A stretch of 64,000 nucleotides of DNA from positions 1 to 64,000 of the IMG/VR virus record IMGVR_UViG_3300029267_003532; one strand, written 5' to 3'. Below the pieces are notes generated by a model. It ran no database searches and was not told where the DNA came from. It saw only the letters and a program-made list of their open reading frames with translations. The translations under genes and the position numbers were made by a program. Origin of the DNA: a virus. Below, one piece after another: positions 8,496 through 17,744 of this stretch; position 1 is the first letter of the stretch, and every line of letters starts with the position of its first letter.

Positions 8496-9835
8496 AAACG
8501 CGACAAGCAGCACCTGCCGCCGATGGGCTCCGTCCGTTTGTCCTCAATTGGGAACGAAGCATCTGGCAAACTATGCGCCGCCAATCCATTCCCTATGCCA
8601 TCGTCGATAAAGCGCGCGCCGCGCAGACGCTGACTTTCCGCCTGCGCCTGGCCGATGCCGGACATCTCAAAAAAGCGCTCGGTATGTCCGAGCAGATCGC
8701 CCTCGACCTGGGCGTCAAGCGCGTGCGCATTGCGCGCAACCTGGGCTACCTGGACGTCGAGATCGGCCTACCACAGGCCTACCACCAAAAACTGAGCGTC
8801 TCGGCACTGCGCCGCAAAGGCGGTACCTGGGTCGCCCTCGGACAGACCTCGATCGGCACCCCGGTCTACGTCAACCTGGCCGGCAACCGCACCTGTCACG
8901 CCCTCGTCACCGGGGCCACCGGCAGCGGCAAAACCGTCGCTGAGCGTTTGATCGCCTGGACCCTCTCCACAGACAACCAGCCCGACCAGGTCCAACTGAT
9001 CCTGATCGACGGCGCGAAAAAGGGCGCGGCCTGGTGGGGCTTCGAGCACGACGCGCACCTCGCGCACCCGATCATTGTCGACAGCAACGAGGCGGTGGGC
9101 GCCTTGGCCTGGGCCGTGGCCGAGCTCGATCGGCGAATGGCCCAGGCTCGCAAAGGCCCGCGCTTGTTTGTGATCATTGACGAGATCCGCGCCCTTCTCA
9201 ACGTCGCCGGCGACCAGGTCGCCCAGGCCGTCGAGTACATTGCCAGCATTGGCCGCGAGTTCGGCGTACACATCATCGTCGCTACCCAGCACGCCCTCAC
9301 CGACGCACTAGGAGGCAGTATCGCCAAAGCGAACCTCGTCATGCGCCTGACCGGTTGGGTGGCCGATGCGACCGCGGCTCACGTCGCAACCGGGATCAAC
9401 AAATCCGGGGCCGAGCACCTCCAGGGCAACGGCGACTTTTTGCTCGTCGTGGCCGGGCAGGCGCACCGCCTCCAGATGGCAATCGTCGAGAACCGCGAAC
9501 TGGGCCGGCTGGCGCGCTGTGAGACCGTGCCCCGCCTCGAGCTGGACCATAACATTGACCGCGTGCTCCAAGTCGCCAAGCCAGCCTCGCCGCGCAAAGA
9601 TCTCGATACCGAGGCCGAGGCCGTCGCTTATGCTTTGGCAACTGAATGTGGCGCGAATGAACTGCGTGCGCGCTATGGCCCGATGGGTACGACCCGCGCG
9701 CGTCGTATCCGTGACTTTGCCCGTACCCTGCGCCGCGTTCTGCCCGGCCTCGGCTACATCTACCCCCTACCACTGACTACCATATCATCTGAAACCGCCC
9801 GCCAGGCCAAAATTCCAGCATCACTGGTAGGGTAG
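8492..9835 (+). CDS. FtsK/SpoIIIE-family DNA translocase (TraB-like)
   Basis: HALVTGATGSGKT Walker A, LILID, FVIIDE Walker B, GREFGVHIIVATQ, GAEHLQGNGD; possible C-terminal HTH. Confidence 0.9.
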   Translation: MKTRQAAPAADGLRPFVLNWERSIWQTMRRQSIPYAIVDKARAAQTLTFRLRLADAGHLKKALGMSEQIALDLGVKRVRIARNLGYLDVEIGLPQAYHQKLSVSALRRKGGTWVALGQTSIGTPVYVNLAGNRTCHALVTGATGSGKTVAERLIAWTLSTDNQPDQVQLILIDGAKKGAAWWGFEHDAHLAHPIIVDSNEAVGALAWAVAELDRRMAQARKGPRLFVIIDEIRALLNVAGDQVAQAVEYIASIGREFGVHIIVATQHALTDALGGSIAKANLVMRLTGWVADATAAHVATGINKSGAEHLQGNGDFLLVVAGQAHRLQMAIVENRELGRLARCETVPRLELDHNIDRVLQVAKPASPRKDLDTEAEAVAYALATECGANELRARYGPMGTTRARRIRDFARTLRRVLPGLGYIYPLPLTTISSETARQAKIPASLVG

Positions 9836-9877
9836 TAGGGGGTAGGGGCAGGAAATCGAAAGGAAACAGACAGGCAA

Positions 9878-10243
9878 ATGAAAGGCAAATTCTGGATTCA
9901 GATTACTATATCCCTGGTCCTGATCGCCGGGGCCGGCGCGGGCCTCTATGCGCTGATCAAGAGCCTCGACGCCGGCACGCTCAAACTGATCGTGGGCTTT
10001 CTGCTGGCGCTATCGACCATCGTCGTGGTCGGCCTGCTCTATGCCGGAAAGGACGCGCTGCAGGTCTACCTGGTCCGCCGCCACGAGCGCGATGACGACG
10101 TGCGCGATATGCAGCGGGTCGCCCAACTGACCCGCCTAACGCGCGTGCCCCGTGCCACCGAAGCGCCCGCGCTGATGGCCCCGCCCGAGTTCACGGGATC
10201 CTACCGCAACACCATGATCGACGGCAAAGTAGAGATCGAGTAG
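9878..10243 (+). CDS. Two-TM membrane protein
   Basis: Two hydrophobic segments; in operon with the FtsK gene. Confidence 0.7.
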   Translation: MKGKFWIQITISLVLIAGAGAGLYALIKSLDAGTLKLIVGFLLALSTIVVVGLLYAGKDALQVYLVRRHERDDDVRDMQRVAQLTRLTRVPRATEAPALMAPPEFTGSYRNTMIDGKVEIE

Positions 10244-10252
10244 GAGGGTTCA

Positions 10253-10435
10253 ATGATCACCTTGCTGATTGCGCTGATCCTGGCCCTGCTCTGGCGCGTC
10301 TCGCTCGAAACGCGCTTTCGCGTCCCGCGCGCCGTTGGCGAGGCCTTGATGCGTCTCCAGGTCGGCCGGCTGCGCCTGGACCTGATCGTCTATCGACCAC
10401 GCCGCGCCTACGCACACGTGATTGTCGGTCCCTAA
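10253..10435 (+). CDS. Small membrane-anchored protein
   Basis: GGAGG RBS and hydrophobic N-terminus. Confidence 0.6.
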   Translation: MITLLIALILALLWRVSLETRFRVPRAVGEALMRLQVGRLRLDLIVYRPRRAYAHVIVGP

Positions 10436-10459
10436 TTTTGGGCCGTCTCGTTTGTTATA
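10430..10459 (+). promoter_or_regulatory. Phage-specific promoter, copy 1
   Basis: CCCTAATTT-N12-TTTGTTATA. Confidence 0.75.
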
Positions 10460-10494
10460 GAGACACCACAATCACATTTTTCAGGAGGATTGTT

Positions 10495-10800
10495 ATGGGT
10501 CTAGACATGTATTTCAGGCGAGACATCGCCAACGTTCTGCGAGCCACTGCGTGTGCCAGTGAGGGAGCAGCAGGGTTGGCGATGGACATGGTCGAGGAAG
10601 CAAAACTGCGTGCCCAGTTGAACGCAGAGGGGATTCCTACGGAGCAGTTGCTTCGCATCTACCGTTTAGGTGTGCGCAACACGCTGATCTCGGTTGGCCT
10701 GGCATTTGGTTTGGAGCCAGTAGGACCGAGCGCTCAAGTGAGAACTGGAGCAGCCTCGGCACTAGCCAGCCTACTCTGGGCTGAGACACCGAGAGATTAA
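10495..10800 (+). CDS. Hypothetical protein (MGLDMY N-terminus)
   Basis: AGGAGG RBS; directly after the phage promoter. Confidence 0.65.
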   Translation: MGLDMYFRRDIANVLRATACASEGAAGLAMDMVEEAKLRAQLNAEGIPTEQLLRIYRLGVRNTLISVGLAFGLEPVGPSAQVRTGAASALASLLWAETPRD

Positions 10801-10817
10801 ACATTTCAGGAGGAAGC

Positions 10818-10982
10818 ATGTCCATCGTCACTGTGATCTTGGGAATGTTTGCAGCCTCTATCTTGATCACCCTCGGTGTAATCGCCTACCGTGCCGGAGG
10901 CTTTGGATACTACTTGATCGGCATTTCTATTTTGTTGATTGGCTGGCTGATCCGTAGCAAGCTAGAAAACAAGGGCAAGTAA
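10818..10982 (+). CDS. Small two-TM membrane protein
   Basis: AGGAGG RBS; MSIVTVILGMFAASILITLGVIAYRAGGFGYYLIGISILLIGWLIRSKLENKGK. Confidence 0.6.
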   Translation: MSIVTVILGMFAASILITLGVIAYRAGGFGYYLIGISILLIGWLIRSKLENKGK

Positions 10983-10997
10983 GCTATTGTACCGCAT

Positions 10998-11055
10998 AGA
11001 ACAAGCGTTCTTTAGAACAAAGGTTCTTGACTTGGCAGTCCCCTTTTGGTACAAT
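10998..11055 (+). promoter_or_regulatory. Promoter with two tandem LexA (SOS) boxes
   Basis: AGAACAAGCGTTCT (10998) and AGAACAAAGGTTCT (11014) abut TTGACT-17-TACAAT. Confidence 0.8.
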
Positions 11056-11115
11056 CGGGGTAATCCTGCCAAGAAATGTCAGGTTTAACTGCCATTGGGG
11101 GGCTAGGAGGTCATC

Positions 11116-11502
11116 ATGCCATTCGTTATGCAAGGCACCTTGTTTGGAGGTCCGCCCGTTGTCTCCGGCAACGTCGTCGACCGCCTCGAGTACATCCTCA
11201 CCGAACATCCTGAAGCGCGCGACTCATACAAGGCCGCAATGGCCCTCTACTGGCTAGAGTTCGACGGCCTCGACGCCGCCCTGCGCCAGGCGCTCGCGGA
11301 TGCACTCGACGAACGTCAAGCCGACCACCTTTGCGCCGAACTGGCTGATGCTTTTCAGCAATGGTTTGTCCGCTTTGCCACCTCGCCTAAAACGCTACAG
11401 AACCGTGCGATGGAATTGCAGTCAGACAAGACCGAGCTCGATTCCTCGCCCGATGTCCGTAAATGGCGAGATCGGCAGAGCAGGGCGGGGCGGATCAAGT
11501 AG
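11116..11502 (+). CDS. Hypothetical protein
   Basis: AGGAGG RBS and clean ORF. Confidence 0.7.
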   Translation: MPFVMQGTLFGGPPVVSGNVVDRLEYILTEHPEARDSYKAAMALYWLEFDGLDAALRQALADALDERQADHLCAELADAFQQWFVRFATSPKTLQNRAMELQSDKTELDSSPDVRKWRDRQSRAGRIK

Positions 11503-11691
11503 AGGAGAAAAGGATTAGACTTGTGATCATAAATTAAAAGATCAGACCCTGTACCTGGCGGGGGAGGGTCTGATCTACACCGGGAGAAAGGCGGCGCCAT
11601 TTACTCAGTTACGAGTTCAATCCTTTTAACACCCCACCTTTCCTACACACACTATAATAGTTTTTTCACCCAAATGCAAGAGAGGCACAAA

Positions 11692-12000
11692 ATGGATCAA
11701 AAAAGGACCCAAAGGTTTGCGCTCTTTGTTCTCGCCGAGCTGGCCTGGGGGACGCTCTTGGCTCTCTTTCTCCAGCACACGCGCCCCGGCCGCTATCTCG
11801 CTCGCAACAACCAGTCCTGGCTCGCCGTTGTCATCGGCGTCGCCGGCACCCTGATCATCGAGCTGATCGTCTCTCCTCTTCGCGCCGTCTGTCATAGCGC
11901 CCTGGCCTTCGCACTCTCTGCTGTCGGCATCGTGGCCCGGTCGCTGATCAACGAGCACAAGCTAGAAAGGACCCTCCACGATGCCGCGCACAGATCCTAG
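11692..12000 (+). CDS. Three-TM membrane protein
   Basis: Hydrophobic segments; GAGG RBS. Confidence 0.6.
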   Translation: MDQKRTQRFALFVLAELAWGTLLALFLQHTRPGRYLARNNQSWLAVVIGVAGTLIIELIVSPLRAVCHSALAFALSAVGIVARSLINEHKLERTLHDAAHRS

Positions 12001-12277
12001 ACCCTACACAAAGTGGGCCGCGATCGACGCGATCAAGGCCGTTGACGCGATCAAAAACCTGCACATCCAACTGATCCGCGGCTTGATCCAGGGAGACCGC
12101 GACGACCAGATCGCCGAGTACATCCTGCAAGCTGACCAACTGCTCTCCAGCCTGCGCGACCGCCTGATCACATTCCGAGATGGCCCCAATATTGAGCAGC
12201 TCGTCGACTGGATCATGGGTGACGAGACCTTGCTCTGTCTCATTGTCCATCGCCTGGAAGGAACGGATTCGCGTTAG
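11981..12277 (+). CDS. Hypothetical protein
   Basis: AAGGA RBS; overlaps the previous gene. Confidence 0.6.
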   Translation: MPRTDPRPYTKWAAIDAIKAVDAIKNLHIQLIRGLIQGDRDDQIAEYILQADQLLSSLRDRLITFRDGPNIEQLVDWIMGDETLLCLIVHRLEGTDSR

Positions 12278-12402
12278 GATCATAATCTGAAAGAGGACAC
12301 GATGGACAACTCGAATCTCCATACCCATCGCTTGAGACCTCGGTTTGGTTCTTACTATGACATCAATGCCTTTATTCGCGCATTAGAAATGCAAGGTTTG
12401 GT

Positions 12403-13779
12403 ATGACACAAAACACATTTCCGGGTTTTGTCCCCCCAACCGAAAACTGGAGCAAATTGCCCCACGTCCTGATCGAGGCACTGCCCTTGATCGAAACTGT
12501 TGGCGAGCTCAAGATCATCCTCTATGTGCTTCGCCACACCTGGGGCTACCACGAGACAGAAAAGCGTATCTCTCAAGATGAATTCGAGAACGGTCGCAAA
12601 CGCAAAGACGGCACGCGCCTCGACCCTGGCACCGGGCTCTCCCGAAACACCATCAAGGACGGCATCAAACGTGCCGTCGCTCATGGCTTTATCATCGTCG
12701 AAACGGATGACCACGACAAGGCCCGCATCCAACACTGGTATCGCCTCGCGGAACTGGCGCCTTCAGAGGGTCAAAAGTTGCCCCCCACCCACGAGCCGGA
12801 GGATCAAACTTTGACAGGTGGGGGTCAAAGTTTGACCCCCAGAGGGTCAAAAGTTGACCCCCCAACCGCGCCAGAGGGTCAAACTTTGACCGTCGTACAT
12901 GGAAAGAAACCTGTAAACAAGAAACAAACCAACAGAAAGAAAAATACCGGCGCATCCGCGCCGGCCCCAAATCCAGCACAGCAGCAGCTTGCTCGTCTTC
13001 GTTCCAAACTCGGCAGCGATCCCCTTTCTGTAGCGGCTGCATCAGAGCGAGCACAACAAGATGCCGGCGGGAGGATCTGGACCATACCTGTCGAAGCGGG
13101 GGGCACAGATACCGCCGGCGCGCTCATGCTCCGCGCCTGGCTGGAAACCAACCAGCTCGATCCCGATCTCGTGCCGAAAAAGACACACGACAAATACCAG
13201 GCCGCTCTTTCCAGGCTGGCTTCCACATTCGATACCCTTTCCCCCGCGCAGGCAGCCAATGCCGTCGAGATCGTCCTCGATCGCGACAACCCTGAATTCA
13301 GCTACTACACCTATGCTAACCCATCTGTCAAGAAATTCGCCGATGATTGGACCGCCGTTGCTCTGCGCCTGCTCTGCGGCCAGCCCGGCTACCTGACTGT
13401 GACTGGAAAGGTCCCACGCAACTATGACAACCTGATCAACCGTGGCGACACAGAAACCGATTTGATCATACCGGATAGCAATACTGCCGAATGGATCATC
13501 CCTCACGAGCCGCCATCCGAGGCCACCCAACTCTGGCACGCCGTCCAGGACGAGCTCAAACTTCAAATGACCCGCGCCACCTTCAACACCTGGATCAAAC
13601 CTCTGACCTGCCTCAGCCTGGACCGTGACGCCTGCACCGCCACGCTCCAGGCCCCCAACGCCTACATCGCCGAATGGATCACAGAGCGTCTATCCGCGCC
13701 CATCGCGCGCACCCTGGCCGGCGTCGCCGACCTGCCGCCGGATCAATTCTCCTTTACCTGCCAAGCGAGTGAACAATGA
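12403..13779 (+). CDS. Replication initiator (O-like wHTH N-terminus) fused to a C-terminal DnaA N-terminal domain
   Basis: ELKIILYVLRHTWGY...ISQDEF...GTGLSRNTIKDGIK; C-terminus LWHAVQDELKLQMTRATFNTWIKPL...APNAYIAEWI resembles DnaA domain I. Confidence 0.85.
   Translation: MTQNTFPGFVPPTENWSKLPHVLIEALPLIETVGELKIILYVLRHTWGYHETEKRISQDEFENGRKRKDGTRLDPGTGLSRNTIKDGIKRAVAHGFIIVETDDHDKARIQHWYRLAELAPSEGQKLPPTHEPEDQTLTGGGQSLTPRGSKVDPPTAPEGQTLTVVHGKKPVNKKQTNRKKNTGASAPAPNPAQQQLARLRSKLGSDPLSVAAASERAQQDAGGRIWTIPVEAGGTDTAGALMLRAWLETNQLDPDLVPKKTHDKYQAALSRLASTFDTLSPAQAANAVEIVLDRDNPEFSYYTYANPSVKKFADDWTAVALRLLCGQPGYLTVTGKVPRNYDNLINRGDTETDLIIPDSNTAEWIIPHEPPSEATQLWHAVQDELKLQMTRATFNTWIKPLTCLSLDRDACTATLQAPNAYIAEWITERLSAPIARTLAGVADLPPDQFSFTCQASEQ
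12766..12945 (+). repeat. Putative replication origin: five palindromic iterons and an A-rich tract inside the initiator gene
   Basis: GGTCAAANNTTGACC-like units at 12769, 12802, 12823, 12845 and 12877 (spacing 33/21/22/32), followed by A-rich 12903-12945. Confidence 0.8.
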
Positions 13780-14024
13780 AACGTGGAACCATTGGAACCC
13801 TATCTGCATCCAACAAAGCCGTTCTGGCCGGCATCCAAATCTACTGGGACGTCAACGGCATCCCACCCACAGTGCGCGATCTCTGCACGCAACTGCACAT
13901 CGCCTCGACGTCCACCATCCACCACCACCTCGACCGGCTCGAACGCCTGGGCTACATCCAGCGTCGACCCGGTATCCCGCGTTCCATTCGTATCACCCAG
14001 AAAGGCGCCCCCAATGCTGCCTAA
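13776..14024 (+). CDS. LexA-type DNA-binding-domain-only protein
   Basis: GIPPTVRDLCTQLHIASTSTIHHHLDRLERLGYIQRRPGIPRSIRI; no peptidase domain. Confidence 0.85.
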   Translation: MKRGTIGTLSASNKAVLAGIQIYWDVNGIPPTVRDLCTQLHIASTSTIHHHLDRLERLGYIQRRPGIPRSIRITQKGAPNAA

Positions 14025-14178
14025 CCCAACCCTGACCGCCCTGCTCCGCGAGCAGTGGACCTACACGCTCCGCCTCACTGTCCAGGCCTTCCTCGCCGCT
14101 CTGACCGGCACTTGGCTCGCCCTCACCTGCCCGCCGGTCAGGGCTGACCAAACCGAAGAGGTCAAACTTCCATGGTGA
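14014..14178 (+). CDS. Small hydrophobic hypothetical protein
   Basis: Fills the gap in the operon and overlaps both neighbours. Confidence 0.45.
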   Translation: MLPNPTLTALLREQWTYTLRLTVQAFLAALTGTWLALTCPPVRADQTEEVKLPW

Positions 14179-14912
14179 GCAGAAGAGGCATCAGACTCTG
14201 GTTTCGCTGGGTTGCCTGTCGCCGGCAGGCCCGCCGCTGGCTGCGCCACAACGACGCCGACAAGATCGTCGCCGCTGTAATGTGGCACCTGAACGTCGCC
14301 GCCGCGCACCTCTCACCGAGCTTCAAATCGAGCGCCATCTATGCACTCAAAAACCGCTTGATCCAGCACTTCTACCAGGCCGGCTACACGAGTGCCGTCC
14401 AGCTCAAAACACAAAAAGCGCTCTGCTGGCGCTGCGAGGGAACGGGCGACTTTTACGGCGAGGAATGCTGGAAATGCGAGGGGACCGGTATCTATCGCAT
14501 ACACCACCTCTATCTGTTCGTCTTTCGCATCGCCGGCCGTACCTATGCCTGGCACCAACCAACCAACCAGGTTGAGTACGACGTCACTCTAACGGATGAC
14601 ATCGTAGGCGCCTATCAGGCGCGGACCCGCGATCGAGGCGCCTTCCTTTTCGGCTATCCAGGCCTGCTTGTGCTTTACTACCTCACCGTGTACGAGTACT
14701 TGCGCCAGCGCGGCTACGAGGTCGCCCCCGACTACGACCTGCGTCCCCGTCTGGGCAAATGCATCGTCGAGGACTGGTCTGCCTGGGCCAGTTCGAAATC
14801 CTGGCTCTGCAAACTGAGCATCCTGACCGACCAGGTGCGTAACTGGCTGCAATCACGACCTCACAAAAACGTCGAGCGTGGCTTTGTCGAAGAAACAGAA
14901 ATCCCGTTCTGA
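14172..14912 (+). CDS. Hypothetical protein with CxxCxGxG zinc finger and SSB-like acidic-IPF tail
   Basis: CWRCEGTG...CWKCEGTG; ends EETEIPF. Confidence 0.65.
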   Translation: MVSRRGIRLWFRWVACRRQARRWLRHNDADKIVAAVMWHLNVAAAHLSPSFKSSAIYALKNRLIQHFYQAGYTSAVQLKTQKALCWRCEGTGDFYGEECWKCEGTGIYRIHHLYLFVFRIAGRTYAWHQPTNQVEYDVTLTDDIVGAYQARTRDRGAFLFGYPGLLVLYYLTVYEYLRQRGYEVAPDYDLRPRLGKCIVEDWSAWASSKSWLCKLSILTDQVRNWLQSRPHKNVERGFVEETEIPF

Positions 14913-14924
14913 AAGAGAGGATCA

Positions 14925-15461
14925 ATGAAATACGCCGAGAAATCGCCCTACTGGGTCACAACGGTCAACCCGTACAAATCCCAAGCCGAGATCATGGTCC
15001 TCCTCGAGGACTTCGGCGCAACCAACAGCATGGTCGCTCAGGGCCAGGCTGACGGCAAACTGGCTTGGCTCGTCCGCTTCGAGTACGAGGGCGTCGCGCA
15101 CCGCTTCGCCTTCACTCCGCTCGAATGCGAGTACCCGGACAAGGTCTCCAGCTTTGGCGGCACGCGCCGCAAGCACTCGGACCAGGCCCGGTTCCAGATG
15201 GGCCGCACCGCCGCCCATTTCACCAAAGCGATCCTGACTGCAGCCGAGTCCCAGCCGCACGCTCTCTTTGGCTTTGTCGAGCTGCCCGAGGCTGGCTACC
15301 ACGCCGGCGGCATTCCGGTCACAGCCGGCGAGCTCAACATAGACGGTCTGGTGGGCCAGCTACCCGAACTCTCATTCGGAGACATCGGCTCACGTCAGGT
15401 CCTGCTACAAGCCGAGACCCCGGACATCCGCGTCGAGTACGTTGGTGAGGTGGTCCAATGA
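14925..15461 (+). CDS. Conserved phage hypothetical protein
   Basis: GAGG RBS; operon-coupled. Confidence 0.65.
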   Translation: MKYAEKSPYWVTTVNPYKSQAEIMVLLEDFGATNSMVAQGQADGKLAWLVRFEYEGVAHRFAFTPLECEYPDKVSSFGGTRRKHSDQARFQMGRTAAHFTKAILTAAESQPHALFGFVELPEAGYHAGGIPVTAGELNIDGLVGQLPELSFGDIGSRQVLLQAETPDIRVEYVGEVVQ

Positions 15462-16231
15462 CCACCCCCAAACGCTATGACTGCATCTACCAACCGGCCG
15501 GCCGCGCACGCGAATACGCCCCCTGGGCGCTCAACCTCTACCGCGGCTGTGATCACGGCTGCACCTACTGCTACGCGCCGGCCATCGTTCGCATAGACCG
15601 CGCCGAATTCCACGCACACCCGACCCCATACCGCGACATCCTGCACCGCGTCGAACGCGCCGCCAAGCGAGCCAGTGGCCACGTCGAGCGGGTCCTGCTC
15701 TGCTTTACCAGCGATCCACACCAGCACCTCGACAGCCAGACCGGCCTCACCGGCCAGGCCATCGAGATACTGCACTGCAACGGCATCAAGGTCACGCTCC
15801 TGAGCAAAGGCGGCTGGCGCTCGATGATCGATATTGAGCGGCTTGGCCCCGGCGACGCCTACGCGACCACCCTGGCTTGCCCGCAATCCAGGGTGGCCGA
15901 ATGGGAGCCCAACGCCGCGCCCATCTCCCAACGGCTCGACGCGCTCGAACACGCCCGCTATCACGGCGCGGACACGTGGATATCTTTCGAGCCGGTGATC
16001 TGGCCCTGGGCAACCCTCGAGCTGCTCTCCCTGGCCCAAGGCCTGATCACCCACTGCAAGGTTGGACCGCTGAACTATGCCAACCGCCTGCCGGCGCACC
16101 TGCGCGCCCAGGTCCCCGAGGTAGACTGGGTGCAGTTCGCCGATAGCTTCCAGGCGCTATGTGATCGGTACAGGGTCGTGTGCCAGTTCAAGGAAGAACT
16201 TTATACCCGGATCGAGGCTGCTATCAAGTAA
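15458..16231 (+). CDS. Radical SAM protein (SplB/Rv2578c-like)
   Basis: LNLYRGCDHGCTYCYA, TSDP, WEPNA, WISFEP. Confidence 0.85.
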   Translation: MTTPKRYDCIYQPAGRAREYAPWALNLYRGCDHGCTYCYAPAIVRIDRAEFHAHPTPYRDILHRVERAAKRASGHVERVLLCFTSDPHQHLDSQTGLTGQAIEILHCNGIKVTLLSKGGWRSMIDIERLGPGDAYATTLACPQSRVAEWEPNAAPISQRLDALEHARYHGADTWISFEPVIWPWATLELLSLAQGLITHCKVGPLNYANRLPAHLRAQVPEVDWVQFADSFQALCDRYRVVCQFKEELYTRIEAAIK

Positions 16232-16248
16232 ACGGAGTGATTCCCATT

Positions 16249-16533
16249 ATGAACACAATCACAATCGTTCCCACTCGCACCTACAACCAAGCCTACACCG
16301 GCTATCACCTCTGCTTGCTCTCTATCTTCAAACGCGCCCGCCTGGACTGCGAAAAAGCCTCGCGCAAACACGCCGTCGATGCGCTCTGCTTTCTCTGCAG
16401 CGACCGCGCCGAGACTCTCAGCCAATACCTCAACATCACCACCGACGACCTCACCGGCCTGACCCGCCGCTGCTGGCAGCAGGTACGCGAACGCTTCGGC
16501 CTCACCCTGGACGATCTGGACAGACCGGACTAG
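16249..16533 (+). CDS. Hypothetical protein
   Basis: GGAG RBS; last gene of the operon. Confidence 0.55.
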   Translation: MNTITIVPTRTYNQAYTGYHLCLLSIFKRARLDCEKASRKHAVDALCFLCSDRAETLSQYLNITTDDLTGLTRRCWQQVRERFGLTLDDLDRPD

Positions 16534-16756
16534 TGGCAGGTCACTCTTCCTGAGATCGAATAACGCGAAAGCGGCGTGTAACTGTCTCCAGTGCACGCCG
16601 CAATATCAGAGCGACCGCGCCGATGATGATGAATAGTCGACGGCGCTTTTTGTTTTTGGGCTTGGACTCTGAGGAATCTTCGGATACTGGGATGCTGTTG
16701 GGTTCCGGCTGGTCTGTCATGATGGATGCTCCTCCTGTTATGAATCAAGTCGCTTA

Positions 16757-17557
16757 TCAGTAACAATACCGCGAGACCTCAGCCCCGCCGGCATCGTACA
16801 AATACCCACAGTCGCCCTTGTTATTCCACAGGGCTTGCTCGTTCCCAAAACTCAACCCGCAAGACTCCGGGTGGCCCTCGTTCGTATACACCCGACACAC
16901 CTGTCCCGGCTGCAGCTCGATCCCCGGAAACACAAAGTCCTGCCCCGGCGCGCCGGCGTTCAGACGCCAACCGCCCAGGTTCACCGACGAGCCGCCCTGG
17001 TTGGCGATCTCGGCATATTCGTCGCTCTCGACCCGCTTGACCACTCCATCGTAAAAGATGAACGAGATCACGACCTTGCCGGGGGCTGCTTGTGGCTCCG
17101 GGGTGTTTGTCGGCACGGGCGTCGCAGTCGGTATCGCCGTCGCCGTTGCCGCAATCGTCGGTACAGGTGTGGCCGTGGGCGGCGGCGTGTTGGTCGGGAC
17201 CAGCGTCGCGGTGGGCACACTCGTGGGCGTCGACGTCGCAGTTGGCGCCGGCGTGTTCGTGGGGACGGGCGTCGAGGTGGTTGTCGCTGTAGCAGTCGCA
17301 GTGCTGGTTGCCGTCTGGGTGTCCGGGGGCGAGGGCGTAACGGTTGACGTGGCTGTGCTGACCGGCGTTGGACTGGGCGACGCTGTCGCGGTCTCGGTCG
17401 GGATCGGCGTCGACGTCGGCGCGCTCGTGGGCGTCGCTGGCAGCGCGTCCGCATCCACAGGTAGTGGGGGCAGGGTGGCGATCCGGTTCGCTGTCGGCGA
17501 CGCGCAGCTGGCCAGCAGGACCAGGGAGAGGGCGAGTAGGGCGAGTGTGCGCTTCAT
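16757..17557 (-). CDS. Lipoprotein with Pro/Thr-rich linker and lamin tail domain
   Basis: Lipobox LLAS-C; PT repeats; [10 protein letters not shown]...DEYAEIAN...VNLGGWRL...LWNNKGD LTD signature. Confidence 0.85.
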   Translation of the reverse strand: MKRTLALLALSLVLLASCASPTANRIATLPPLPVDADALPATPTSAPTSTPIPTETATASPSPTPVSTATSTVTPSPPDTQTATSTATATATTTSTPVPTNTPAPTATSTPTSVPTATLVPTNTPPPTATPVPTIAATATAIPTATPVPTNTPEPQAAPGKVVISFIFYDGVVKRVESDEYAEIANQGGSSVNLGGWRLNAGAPGQDFVFPGIELQPGQVCRVYTNEGHPESCGLSFGNEQALWNNKGDCGYLYDAGGAEVSRYCY

Positions 17558-17744
17558 GGTTAGAGCAGCCTTTGCACTAGATATCGAACGCCACTATTTT
17601 CATTCTACCCTAACTCGTGAAAAAGCACAAAGTCAGCGATCTATTGAGATTATGATCATAATGGAAAAGGTCACCGCGACAACGGTGGCCTTCAGATCAA
17701 GGACACTCTCGCTGGCGGGGGAGGCCGGCAGCCTGGGGCAGGGT

